NCBI GenBank assembly: GCA_000002445.1
Contig: CH464491.1
Coordinates: 1,472,001 to 1,536,000, forward strand
DNA length: 64,000 bases
Source: Trypanosoma brucei
Lineage: Eukaryota
Reading direction: 5' to 3'
Shown piece by piece: positions 33,778 to 43,654 of the stretch. Each line of letters starts with the position of its first letter. Position 1 is the stretch's first letter. The position numbers and the translations under genes were made by a program. The notes under the pieces are model-generated. The model made no database searches and had not been told where the DNA came from. It saw only the letters and a list, made by a program, of their open reading frames with translations.

Positions 33778-34062
33778 ATGTTCCGGCAGCGGCTTCTGTT
33801 CTCCGCTGTGAAACCTTCCCGTAACCTCCTCCGGGATTGTGGTCGCGAGAAGCGTCTTATGGAATCTGAAGGTGATTTTGTCGATCGACATCTGGCATCT
33901 CTTGTGGCTGAACGAGAAAAGGCTTATGCGGGACTGTTTGGTGGGTCCCTTGCCGCCACGTGCCTTACGTTTGTTTCAATGGGACTGTTTGGTTTGACAT
34001 TTGGCTATCATGCTGGAAAAGCAGTCATAGACGCCTATGGAAAAACGCGAATATCGGCTTAA
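33778..34062 (+). CDS. Small (94 aa) putative mitochondrial membrane protein with a glycine-zipper TM segment (Mic10-like?)
   Basis: The ATG sits immediately after a pyrimidine tract plus AG (ctttcttttctctttttttttcaaacag). The N-terminus MFRQRLLFSAVKPSR is Arg-rich. FGGSLAATCLTFVSMGLFGLTFGYHAG is a glycine-rich TM helix. The track ORF start at 33619 is GTG. Confidence 0.5.
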   Translation: MFRQRLLFSAVKPSRNLLRDCGREKRLMESEGDFVDRHLASLVAEREKAYAGLFGGSLAATCLTFVSMGLFGLTFGYHAGKAVIDAYGKTRISA

Positions 34063-34447
34063 AGATGATGGAAAGCAAAGTCGGAATAATTTCTCTCCTC
34101 CCTGTGAAAGCTCCGGTTGGGCATACCACTAAAAGAAAATTCATTGTTTTGCGCAGTTATATATACTACAATCCGTCTGTTTTTTTATTTTCTCCCCCCC
34201 CTGTGCAAATGTTGTTTTAACGATTAAAAGTTATCTATTTCGTACTTTCGTTTCGTCACTTCTTGCGTTCCCTCCATATTTTTTCACTTTCGGTATGTCC
34301 CACGAGTGCCACTAACGCGAAGGTTGAGCAGTTAGGGCGTACGCACGGGCGTAAGATTCGTCAGTCACTTATACATATAGAAGTATTATACTAGAGAGAT
34401 CACGAGTCCATCTTTGTAATTGCTAATATCTCTTCAGAGGAATAACA

Positions 34448-36520
34448 ATGTTAAGAACGAAAAGCACAACCGCTGCTGGCCGGCAGGATAAGATGTTAAA
34501 GCACCAAAGAGCATCGGCGCGTGGGGGCGAGACGGGGTCAGGGACTCGTACCCCTGAAGGTTTATCTCCATCGCGTGAAGTGCTGCGTCGCAGTGAGCCC
34601 CTGGCTACGTACAGAAGATATTCCGACAGCATTGGAGAGGATGGGTACAGTGACTCTGGGAAAATATACTGTGAACAATATCAGGCCGCTTGGACGAGAG
34701 TAACAACAGGGTGTATGTCGGGTATTGCATTCGTCCTAGTTGTTGCGGTCCTCTATGCCCTATATATACTCTGCAGTTCTTACATTTACAGTGTTGGCTG
34801 TGCTGTGGTCCTTTCTATCGCTCTCCATCCAAATCGTTGTGGTGGAGAAAGTCGTAATTGGAAAGGACGGTATATCGAAAGAATGCGCTCAACGCGCGAG
34901 AAATGGACGGGACGTTCGAGAGTTTTTGGTCTACTGGGTTCCCTTCTTTCCTTAACTCACTTTTTTCGGTATGCACTCGGGCGTGGTGTCGCCTTTTCTG
35001 GCGTTGACAAGCTACTTGGCAGAGCCGGTAAGAGAGGACGCAAGTTTGTCAAAATATGTGATCCCAGCGCTGGTAGTAACTCGGGGAAGGATTCAAAACT
35101 TCAGCAGAAACCAGCCAATGTTTTGCCTGCTGGAGACGCCAATTCTTTGAAGTGGCAGGAAGAAAGCACGCTTTCTTGTATTCTGTTGGTGGTCCTCATC
35201 TGCTTTGTCGCCCATTTGATGTTCGGCATACTGTTATTCCTTGGTATACATTCCATACTCATCGCCTTGTTCATCATCACCGTCCCTTTCATGACACCGG
35301 ATCGCTTCATGTCTGTGATGTGGCGCGTGTGGCTCTTAGCCATCACTGTCTTCTTCTTTGTTGGATTTTCATATAATGTTGCATTGGACGTCATTTCCAT
35401 CAGCGATGTCGTGAAGCAAACAACATCAGTTGTGGTTGAAGCGGGGGAAAAGTGGACGGGTGGGGTGAAGGAAGGCAATCGTACAAATGTAGCGGCAAGT
35501 TTTGCCAACGGAACTGCAGCCTCTTCCTCTTCCTTCGCTGAGTTTGTGAACATGACGCGGTCGAAACTGAACAAAATGTTTTTACAAGAGCTTGCTTACG
35601 CAATGAACCACACAAATGCAACGGAACTTGCCTTGACCGTGCAGCACGCAGTTTCTCCCTTGATGTCCTCCCTTTCGTCCGATATTAGCGTTCGTTCACT
35701 GCTGAAGAATGGCGGGAATATTCGGGGTAATTTTGCGCAACTCAAGAAGTTGTATGAACAAGTAGTATGGACCGATGTCGCACAAAAACTCATGGAACGG
35801 TGGCAAGAACTCTTTGTCTATGCAAATCAACTCTTGATGAAGCTGGGATCTAATGTTTTGAACCTCTTTGACTCTGTGTACGCAGTTATGTTATTGTTTG
35901 TCGTCATGCATCATCTATTGCAGTTGGAGCACACCGTGCTGTACTACATACTGGCGAAGTTGCTAAAAGTGCTAGATCCCCAGTGCGGTGAGTATCACGC
36001 ACGTAAGATTGAGACTGAGATAACGAACTCTTTCCACACTCTATTACAATCATTTTGGCATAAGGCATGTTTTCGATTTTGCATTACTTTTTGCCTTTTT
36101 AAATGCTGGTCGTTTCCAACGCCGTTACTGTTTGGTGTGGTTTCTGCCGTTATTGCACTTTTGCCACTCGCACCTAAGTGGATATCTCCTGTGGCCCTTA
36201 CATTCATGTACAAACTCTTCTGCGCGGCATATGGTGATGGGTTTGCAGCGGCTCTCGCAGATCCTTGTTTGTGGTGTTGCTTCTTGGCTTTTTGTGCAAC
36301 GTACATGGATGAGCGGTTGCTTTGTGTGTCGCAAGGGTTTCTCGACGATCGTTCTTCGGTAGCGTCTGCACCAGGGCAGTGGAAGCTGCCAACTGCTGTT
36401 ATCAGTACCGCACTTGTGTTGGGGTTCTTTCAGTATGGTGTATGTGGTATCTTTCTTGGACCGATGACAGTTGTCTTGGCAAAAGTTTTATACGATAACT
36501 GGGATACGGCAATGGAGTAG
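34448..36520 (+). CDS. Polytopic membrane protein, possibly AI-2E/TMEM245-like transporter family
   Basis: At least eight strongly hydrophobic segments. The C-terminal segment ALLPLAPKWISPVALTFMYKLF...GFFQYGVCGIFLGPMTVVLAKVLYDNW resembles the conserved C-terminal region of AI-2E (PF01594) family proteins. The family assignment is tentative. Confidence 0.6.
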   Translation: MLRTKSTTAAGRQDKMLKHQRASARGGETGSGTRTPEGLSPSREVLRRSEPLATYRRYSDSIGEDGYSDSGKIYCEQYQAAWTRVTTGCMSGIAFVLVVAVLYALYILCSSYIYSVGCAVVLSIALHPNRCGGESRNWKGRYIERMRSTREKWTGRSRVFGLLGSLLSLTHFFRYALGRGVAFSGVDKLLGRAGKRGRKFVKICDPSAGSNSGKDSKLQQKPANVLPAGDANSLKWQEESTLSCILLVVLICFVAHLMFGILLFLGIHSILIALFIITVPFMTPDRFMSVMWRVWLLAITVFFFVGFSYNVALDVISISDVVKQTTSVVVEAGEKWTGGVKEGNRTNVAASFANGTAASSSSFAEFVNMTRSKLNKMFLQELAYAMNHTNATELALTVQHAVSPLMSSLSSDISVRSLLKNGGNIRGNFAQLKKLYEQVVWTDVAQKLMERWQELFVYANQLLMKLGSNVLNLFDSVYAVMLLFVVMHHLLQLEHTVLYYILAKLLKVLDPQCGEYHARKIETEITNSFHTLLQSFWHKACFRFCITFCLFKCWSFPTPLLFGVVSAVIALLPLAPKWISPVALTFMYKLFCAAYGDGFAAALADPCLWCCFLAFCATYMDERLLCVSQGFLDDRSSVASAPGQWKLPTAVISTALVLGFFQYGVCGIFLGPMTVVLAKVLYDNWDTAME

Positions 36521-37094
36521 ACAATGTTTCTGCTCATTACGATTGTACACTGTATCTTTAAATTTTAAATATTGAGGACTCAATGTCCTGGTGTTGTGCC
36601 CCCCCCCTCCTCCTTGCATGTACCGTACACGTTAGGAATAGGTATAGCAACGGATCGGGAAGCAGGGAAGATAATAAAGAGAAATATGGAACAAAAGTCG
36701 GTGGAAGCAGTTGAGATACGGTAAGACGTAGTGGGCACTTCATGGTGTGGAATTGTTTTTCGATAAACTGTAATCTGCCCTTGCTCCTACGTGCTTTATC
36801 GTCATCGCTGATCCACAAGGTGACAATATACATGTATGTACACATGTACGGAAAACCACTAAGTAATAAACGAAGCGACCGTCGGTGTCTTGACGACGTA
36901 TTGCTTGTTACGTTGATTATAGTGATAACCGCACATACTCGTTCATGGAAGCTTTTGCTCTTCTATTCCCCGTGGACCCTTCGTGGTAACTCGTGTTGTG
37001 TGTTGCCTCCTGCGGACGGTCTCTGTCCATCCGTTCTCCCCTTTTGATTATGGTTGTTTGATAAAGGTGAGTCTATTCATACTCTTTCTCCTTC

Positions 37095-37943
37095 ATGAGA
37101 TGCAGCCGTGTCACATTTTGTAGACTTGAAATTCACAGGCAACTTGAGGTTTATCTGCGTCACTATAAGTGCAGCAGCCATTCTTCCGCTGCCATTCCCT
37201 CGGCGGTTGCTGCAACGCCTGTGCCATTGGTGCTCAAACCAACCTTTTTAGTGAGCGCCTGCCTCTTAGGAGAGCCTGTCACGTATCGTGGTGAGAGTAT
37301 TAAACCACGTAACCCGTGCTGCACGCCAATCGGATTTATCGTTGATTTCTTGTGGCGTCGGTGTGGTTTGATTGACTGTATTGCAGTGTGCCCTGAGATG
37401 GATGTTTTAGGTATGCCGTCACCACGGCCCCCATTACGTTTAGTACGCGATGCAGCAACTGGGCAGCGCTCAGCGTTATCGTCTGATGTTGCTGTGAGGT
37501 TGCCTCTGACACCATTCACTGATAACTGGACGGATGATAGCGGACTTAAGCAAAGGTTGACGCTTAGGGATCCGCGATTGGTTGAGGAACTTCTGCAAAA
37601 GCGGCTGATGGGTGTCGACGGTTGCGTGCTTAAATCCCGTTCTCCAAGCTGCGGTGTGGGCGATGCAAGACTTTACAACAATGTGGCGGGAGGAAAGTAC
37701 GTGAAGACGGATGGTTTTTTCGTGGAGTCGTTCATCCGTTCCTTTCGTTCGGATGGTGAGGCACCTTTACCGGTTGTAACAGAGAAGTCATTGTATTTTG
37801 ATGATGACAAGGTGCGAACAAGAATGAACGAAGCGAAGAAAAGTTGTAATTGTGGTGTGCTCGCTTTTTTAAATAGTGCGTTGAAGCGTCACGAAGCCCG
37901 AAAAGGCAACAGTGCTCTTGTTTCTCACCGGTATCCCTACTGA
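37095..37943 (+). CDS. DUF523 / TudS-like [4Fe-4S] protein (bacterial 2-thiouracil desulfidase family) with a eukaryotic N-terminal extension
   Basis: LVSACLLGEPVTYRG, CPEMDVLGMPSPRPP and LKSRSPSCG reproduce the three conserved Cys-containing motifs of DUF523 (SACLLG..RYDG / CPE..GLPTPRPP / SPSCG). About 55 aa N-terminal to the domain are unrelated (targeting peptide?). Confidence 0.75.
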   Translation: MRCSRVTFCRLEIHRQLEVYLRHYKCSSHSSAAIPSAVAATPVPLVLKPTFLVSACLLGEPVTYRGESIKPRNPCCTPIGFIVDFLWRRCGLIDCIAVCPEMDVLGMPSPRPPLRLVRDAATGQRSALSSDVAVRLPLTPFTDNWTDDSGLKQRLTLRDPRLVEELLQKRLMGVDGCVLKSRSPSCGVGDARLYNNVAGGKYVKTDGFFVESFIRSFRSDGEAPLPVVTEKSLYFDDDKVRTRMNEAKKSCNCGVLAFLNSALKRHEARKGNSALVSHRYPY

Positions 37944-38237
37944 TCACACGAGTCGTTTCGCATTGATTCTAAAGCACTGTGCTCTATGTCATGAAGTGTT
38001 CTTATTTGCTGGTGGGGCCACCGGTCTCCTGTTTTCGTAACTTCCGTATGTCTTTTAGCTATTTGCATTTGTGCATGCGTTCTGTTTCCGCTGCCGTGTA
38101 GTCTGAATTCCAGTATCCAACTGTAGGTCACTTTTACCTTCTCGCTTTGTTATATATTGTCCCTTTTTACCTCTTTTGGACACTTCTAGGAGTGTTTTCG
38201 TTAAGTTCGGATATCGCAAGAGTGGTGCGCTGTATTC

Positions 38238-38489
38238 ATGAATCAGTCTAGTTCATTATGGGGCGAGGAGTTTGAGGTGCTCAAGCAAATGCAGGAGGAT
38301 CGCATGAACTTCGCCAACAACATGACGTGCCACGAGCGCTGTGTCTCGCAATATTGGTTCAACAACTTCTACGGACCGGAGCACCGTTGCATGAGGAACT
38401 GCTTGGAGAAGTTAAATCAGGTGGGCGTTATCACAAATATTGTTTTCACAAAACATGAACAGGGTAAGACAGGAAGCAAAGGAAAGTAG
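38238..38489 (+). CDS. Small Tim-like protein (twin CX3C, mitochondrial intermembrane-space chaperone family)
   Basis: 83 aa. CHERC-(15 aa)-CMRNC is a twin CX3C arrangement with the typical spacing. Confidence 0.7.
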   Translation: MNQSSSLWGEEFEVLKQMQEDRMNFANNMTCHERCVSQYWFNNFYGPEHRCMRNCLEKLNQVGVITNIVFTKHEQGKTGSKGK

Positions 38490-39013
38490 GATGCCGGGCA
38501 TTTAGTTGGCATAGGCCTTTCCTTGGATATTTTCCTAAAGGCAAAGTGCAGAAGGGGGTCATAGTGTGCCTAAATCGCTTGAGGGGTAAAGGACACCGGC
38601 AATTCGGCGGTTGCTTTTGTTACTCGTTGTACCAGTTACATCATCAATTTTCTAATCATTCTGCGAATAGTCAAGGAGAAATACTGCTGTACGTACATTT
38701 TTTTAAACTTGTCTTTCACATGTATTAGCACACGCGAATGCAGGTTTAAGTAGGCGATTCACTTTTCGTTGCGCACTTTCCTTCTTTTTGTTAATTTCTA
38801 TTGAGGTATGTTCTATCGTCAGTATCTTCTGCGTACGCTTGTGTGGTGTTCGCTCCTCTTTCATATCCGTATCGGAAAAAAAAATAAGACAGAGGGAGAA
38901 CATTATGCCGAAATGCGAAAGGCAGGACTCCTTGATGTCTGGTGGTTAAAAAGAAACTAAAAAACATCACTAAGCATATCTCATCGGTGTTTTCGTTAGT
39001 CAATACTTCACAA

Positions 39014-39018
<5 letters not shown>

Positions 39019-39045
<27 letters not shown>

Positions 39046-39046
39046 A
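39019..39046. repeat. (TG)13 microsatellite
   Basis: tgtgtgtgtgtgtgtgtgtgtgtgtgt read directly. Confidence 0.95.
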
Positions 39047-39391
39047 TTGGGATGTGGGGTAGGGAGGGGGTGATCAAACACAGGAAGAAGAAACAGTAAC
39101 ATAAAACGTAACATTGAGACGGCTGCGAAAATGAAATTTGCTGGCACGTTATTCATTATCATCATAAAACACATTACAGTTGTGTGTGTTGTCCTTCTCT
39201 GTCATTCCCAGCGCAGGGAAATAGCAACATATGCATATGTGACTATGAACGTACTAATGAATAACCGCATTTGGCGTTTTCACATGTAGATATATTTGTC
39301 TTTTGACTAACAAATAAACTCCAAAACTTTGTGGTTTGTATTTACTTTAGTAAAGGAAGGAAAACTCTTTGAACAGAAAAGATTGTGGAAG

Positions 39392-40855
39392 ATGGTGTTA
39401 GCAGAACTCGGACAAAAGATCGGGGCGGCGATCTCCAAAATGTCATCCAAGTCGTTTGTCGGCGAGGATGACGTGAAGGAGTTTTTAAATGAGGTTGCTC
39501 GAGCACTTCTTCAAGCCGATGTGAACGTCAAAACGGTGAAGGAGCTCCAGCAAAATGTCCGTGCCGAAGTCGCCATTACGGCAGAAGCAGCGGGGCTAAA
39601 CAAACGCAAGATGCTTCAGACCGCCGTTTTCAATGGAATCAAAAAAATGCTTGACCCTGGTGTGAAGCCATTTATACCTGCCAAGGGTAAGACAAGCATT
39701 GTGATGTTTGTGGGGTTGCAAGGATCCGGGAAAACGACGTCATGCACTAAGTACGCTGCATACTTCCAGCGTAAAGGCCTAAAGACGGGTTTAGTGTGTG
39801 CCGACACCTTCAGAGCCGGAGCCTACGACCAATTACGCCAGAATGCAACAAAAGCAAAAGTACGCTTTTATGGTTCGTTGACCGAGGCCGATCCGGTCAT
39901 CATTGCCAAAGAGGGAGTGTTGGAGCTGAAGAAGGAAAAATATGATCTCATTATCGTCGACACTAGTGGGCGCCACAAGCAGGAATCGGCACTGTTCGAA
40001 GAGATGAAGCAGGTGCAGCAGGCAGTGAAACCAAATGATATTGTTTTCGTAATGAGTGCAACAGATGGGCAGGGTATAGAAGAACAAGCGCGACAGTTCA
40101 AGGAAAAGGTGCCTATTGGTTCCGTCATCGTTACAAAGCTTGATGGTCAGGCAAAAGGTGGTGGTGCCCTTGCGGCTGTAGCAATGACAAAGAGCCCTAT
40201 TGTGTTCATTGGAACGGGTGAACACTTCGACGATTTTGAACTGTTTCAACCAGAAAGTTTTGTCAGCCGAATGCTTGGTATGGGCGACATGCGGGCATTG
40301 GTAGACAGCATGAAGGACGCAAACATTGACACTGATAGCGAATTGTATAAGCGCTTTCAAGATGGACAATTCACCCTACGGGACATGTACGAACATTTAC
40401 AAAACGTTCTCAAAATGGGGTCGGTCAGCAAAATTATGGATATGATTCCTGGTATGTCAGGCTTTACTGGGAATGCCGGTGACGCTGGTGACGTGACACT
40501 AAAAACGTTTATCCACATGATGGACAGTATGACCGCTGCTGAACTTGACGACTCTCGAGTAAAAAAGACAATGACTCCGACCCGTATTCACCGAATTGCT
40601 AGGGGAAGTGGTCATACCATTCTGGAGGTGCACAACCTCATCACTAGCTATACCAAATTCGAGGATGTGGTAAAAAAAATGGGGAAGGTGAACTTTAAGG
40701 CCATGACGCAAGATTCCAGTACCGCCTTCTCTGGAAAAATGGGGCAGCAGCAGGTACTGCAGTTAGCAAAGGCGCTTAATCCCACAATGCTACGCCAGAT
40801 AGGTGGACTTACAGGCCTCCAGGACATAATGAAGCAACTTCAGAGCATAAAGTGA
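39392..40855 (+). CDS. SRP54: Signal recognition particle 54 kDa subunit
   Basis: N domain MVLAELGQKIGAAISKM. GTPase motifs GLQGSGKTT, DTSGR and TKLDG. A Met-rich M domain. The track start 39329 is TTG, so the ATG at 39392 is used. Confidence 0.92.
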   Translation: MVLAELGQKIGAAISKMSSKSFVGEDDVKEFLNEVARALLQADVNVKTVKELQQNVRAEVAITAEAAGLNKRKMLQTAVFNGIKKMLDPGVKPFIPAKGKTSIVMFVGLQGSGKTTSCTKYAAYFQRKGLKTGLVCADTFRAGAYDQLRQNATKAKVRFYGSLTEADPVIIAKEGVLELKKEKYDLIIVDTSGRHKQESALFEEMKQVQQAVKPNDIVFVMSATDGQGIEEQARQFKEKVPIGSVIVTKLDGQAKGGGALAAVAMTKSPIVFIGTGEHFDDFELFQPESFVSRMLGMGDMRALVDSMKDANIDTDSELYKRFQDGQFTLRDMYEHLQNVLKMGSVSKIMDMIPGMSGFTGNAGDAGDVTLKTFIHMMDSMTAAELDDSRVKKTMTPTRIHRIARGSGHTILEVHNLITSYTKFEDVVKKMGKVNFKAMTQDSSTAFSGKMGQQQVLQLAKALNPTMLRQIGGLTGLQDIMKQLQSIK

Positions 40856-41701
40856 GTAATTTGTTCTTGTTAGTGAAACTTTGTTTGAATCGGCGGAAAT
40901 AGTCCAAATTATTGCAGATGTGCCAATGAAGGTAAAATGGAGATGTGATAGGGAGATCAAAGGAGAGGGAACAAGTTGTAGTGGCGGGAGGGGGAAGAAA
41001 TCAGAAATCTGCGATAGGGAAAAGTAACAAATGGGGAAATGTTTGCAACTGTGTGGTTTGCGGTGTGTTTGTATTGTGGCAGACTTGCTCGTGGCGTGAA
41101 CTTGTTGTCTTTTTTTTTTCTCCCTGTGAAACGTAAAAATACCACCACATCTGTAGTACTTCTGTTATCTGTTTAGTTGCCATATTTCGTATCACTGTCA
41201 GTTGTGCTCTGTACCCCTTATAAAGACTGTCATAACGAATTGAGTGTGTGCAAGTATTCACACTTTCCTCTCGAAGTCGCGTGATGCAAGTGGTATAACG
41301 GCACTGGTGTGTGTGCGTACTAGCGCTTAAACATATTTCTTGTTTTCATTCTCCTTCATTAAGTTTCTTCAATTGTTTCTTTTTACTGGCGCTCTGCTTT
41401 TCTTGGGGAAACTGCCCGGCAATATCTGCGTCTTCAGTTCCTTCACACGTTGCCTTTCTCTCCCATTATGTCTGTTCTCCTTGGGGAAGCAGCTTACTTC
41501 TACACCTTCCTAGTTTCGGAGGATAGAGAAACATAGATAGAAACGACCGCGCGCATATACATAGTGTAGCATATACGACTTTTGTCTGCAAAAAAAAAAA
41601 ACATATATATATACATACAAACGAGGCTGCACACAAATAACTTTTCAAAAAAAAAAAAACACACGCAGGTGCATCAGGCGTGTTGTGTAATCGGACATTC
41701 G

Positions 41702-43654
41702 ATGATCGAAAATGTTACCGCAGTGTGCTGTGAGCAGACGGTTTCCGCGTCCGACAAAGTAGAGGATATGATTCCTTCCAGTGGTGCTGCAGCAGACACA
41801 GACACTTGTAGCGTGTCGAATAGTGCATTGGGTGGCGACAACGAGAACCGAGCTAAGGAAACCGTTCATTTCCCCCGGACACCCGTTCGTGTGGTAACCC
41901 CTCTGCAGAGAAGATCCCCACTGGGGCATTTAACTCCACCTGCCACCCCGCTATGTCGTACACCACCTTTAGCAGTCCCCTGCACTCCGGACGGCGAAAG
42001 GCTCCCGCCTAATCACAGTAAATCACTATGCCCAAATGACCAAGATGAGCGTTTTCAAACACCCACAGTGAAAACGCCGATGCTCGCGGCAGATCAAGAG
42101 AGCCCAGTAAAGCATCGCCATCAGAGGCGCAAGTTCCTCGATAACTATTTCTTCTTGAAAAACCTTAACGCACTACCGCTGACGCCTGAGCGCAAAAAGG
42201 AGCGGGACGCCGGGCCTTTTTGCAGACGAGCGCTACAATTTCCCTCCCCCAACACCTCAATGCACTCCGTTGGAATGGATGCCATCTCTTCTCCGCTACC
42301 ACCACTATCACCGTCGACGCCAGTAACCCGACCCCCTCAACCATCTGCAGAAGGCAGTGATGTAACGGAGGTTCAAACAGCTGGTAGACGGTTTGTACGC
42401 TCATTCACCACACAGTCCGCTGAGCAAAGTTACACTAAATCAGGCGATATATTATCCGTGCCTGAGGGGGAACGGTGTGAGAGTGTACAGGCATCTGTGA
42501 AAGAGATTTGCCCCGCGGCAGATGCTTCTTCACGTGCAAGCAGTTCGCTGGGTGAACAAAACGACAGGGGTCGTTCGCCGTCGCCCATTGCAGTGGATGA
42601 GGAAGGTGAGGTCACTCGCCCACCGCATGAAGTGGCAAGGACGGTGACACCCTGCCCCCTAAGGTCAAGTGAAGTGGGCGGAAAGGCAGAGGATTTTCCC
42701 CCTGATGCTCCGATAGATGCACAAGAGCAAGGTGTGCAGCCGTTGGACAATAGCGGCTTCGCACCAATTGGCGTAAACGACGTTTCCCTTCATATCACTT
42801 CAACGGCTTCGTGCCAATCAGGTGAACAATCGACCCTCTGTGAGGGGCATGATTGCCCGGAGTTGGGGGTTTTAAATACAAAATGCGTTACTGTTGGTGC
42901 ACGTACGTCTTTACGAACGGATGGAAGCAAATCAGGAGGAAGAGTAGAAGAGCTCTCCCTAGATCAAAGGAAATTGTTGACGGAGCAACCCACACGTTCG
43001 CGGGGTGGCGCTGTCTTTCCAACAGAAGAATCTTTACGCGGCTTTTCTGATAAACTTTTCGACCAGTACCAAAATAAACTTGCTCATTTGGCCTTTGATG
43101 TTCTTTATACACGGATGGTGGCTTCTCCGAACACCCAAATGTTGGAGAGTCATGGACGGCGACTTATATGCATGCGGCGCGATGCGTGGATCAGGGAGTT
43201 GATTGAGTTGGAAAGGCTTCTCCTTCCTTTAGTAAGGGGCCGATCCCGAAGTCGCGGAGGAAATAAAAACTCCGCCAGAAGTAAAAGCAGTAAACGTGCG
43301 GAAAGTCCGCGCAGCGACGGGAGCTCAAAACGATCACGCAGTGCTCGCTGCTACATTCTCCCGACCGTACACGATGACAAAGGGTACACACGTGATTATT
43401 TGGGTGACGGTCCCAGCTGCAAGGGGTTCAACAAGAATGTCACACAGAGTGTTGTTATTATGGATGCAACAGATGTCGTGGAGGAAGAGGAAAAGCCAAA
43501 AGCACACACCACAGCACCTGATCCAATCCTGTCATCACACCACAAGGTAGTCAGCAGCGGTGGGTGTTTTCCATTTGTTCACCGACTAAGTTCCCGTGGT
43601 GGAAGGCGAAAGGAAAGGCAGTCGCGTGGTGCTACTACAATACCGGCTGAATAG
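41702..43654 (+). CDS. Hypothetical Ser/Pro-rich protein with many S/T-P sites and an RS/SR-rich basic C-terminal tail
   Basis: Long ORF. The track start 41582 is TTG inside A-rich UTR-like sequence, so the first ATG at 41702 is used. Repeated TPP, SPL and TPV motifs; the C-terminus is RGRSRSRGGNKNSARSKSSKRAESPRSDGSSKRSRSAR. Confidence 0.6.
   Translation: MIENVTAVCCEQTVSASDKVEDMIPSSGAAADTDTCSVSNSALGGDNENRAKETVHFPRTPVRVVTPLQRRSPLGHLTPPATPLCRTPPLAVPCTPDGERLPPNHSKSLCPNDQDERFQTPTVKTPMLAADQESPVKHRHQRRKFLDNYFFLKNLNALPLTPERKKERDAGPFCRRALQFPSPNTSMHSVGMDAISSPLPPLSPSTPVTRPPQPSAEGSDVTEVQTAGRRFVRSFTTQSAEQSYTKSGDILSVPEGERCESVQASVKEICPAADASSRASSSLGEQNDRGRSPSPIAVDEEGEVTRPPHEVARTVTPCPLRSSEVGGKAEDFPPDAPIDAQEQGVQPLDNSGFAPIGVNDVSLHITSTASCQSGEQSTLCEGHDCPELGVLNTKCVTVGARTSLRTDGSKSGGRVEELSLDQRKLLTEQPTRSRGGAVFPTEESLRGFSDKLFDQYQNKLAHLAFDVLYTRMVASPNTQMLESHGRRLICMRRDAWIRELIELERLLLPLVRGRSRSRGGNKNSARSKSSKRAESPRSDGSSKRSRSARCYILPTVHDDKGYTRDYLGDGPSCKGFNKNVTQSVVIMDATDVVEEEEKPKAHTTAPDPILSSHHKVVSSGGCFPFVHRLSSRGGRRKERQSRGATTIPAE

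Noticed and set aside
39329-39391. ORF-track 5' extensions starting at TTG/GTG (SRP54, kinesin, AKR, RAD54, ME2, 41582, 45136, 33619)
   Set aside because: The track accepts non-ATG starts. Eukaryotic translation here needs ATG, and the extensions lie in UTR-like pyrimidine- or A-rich sequence, so CDS starts were moved to the first in-frame ATG.
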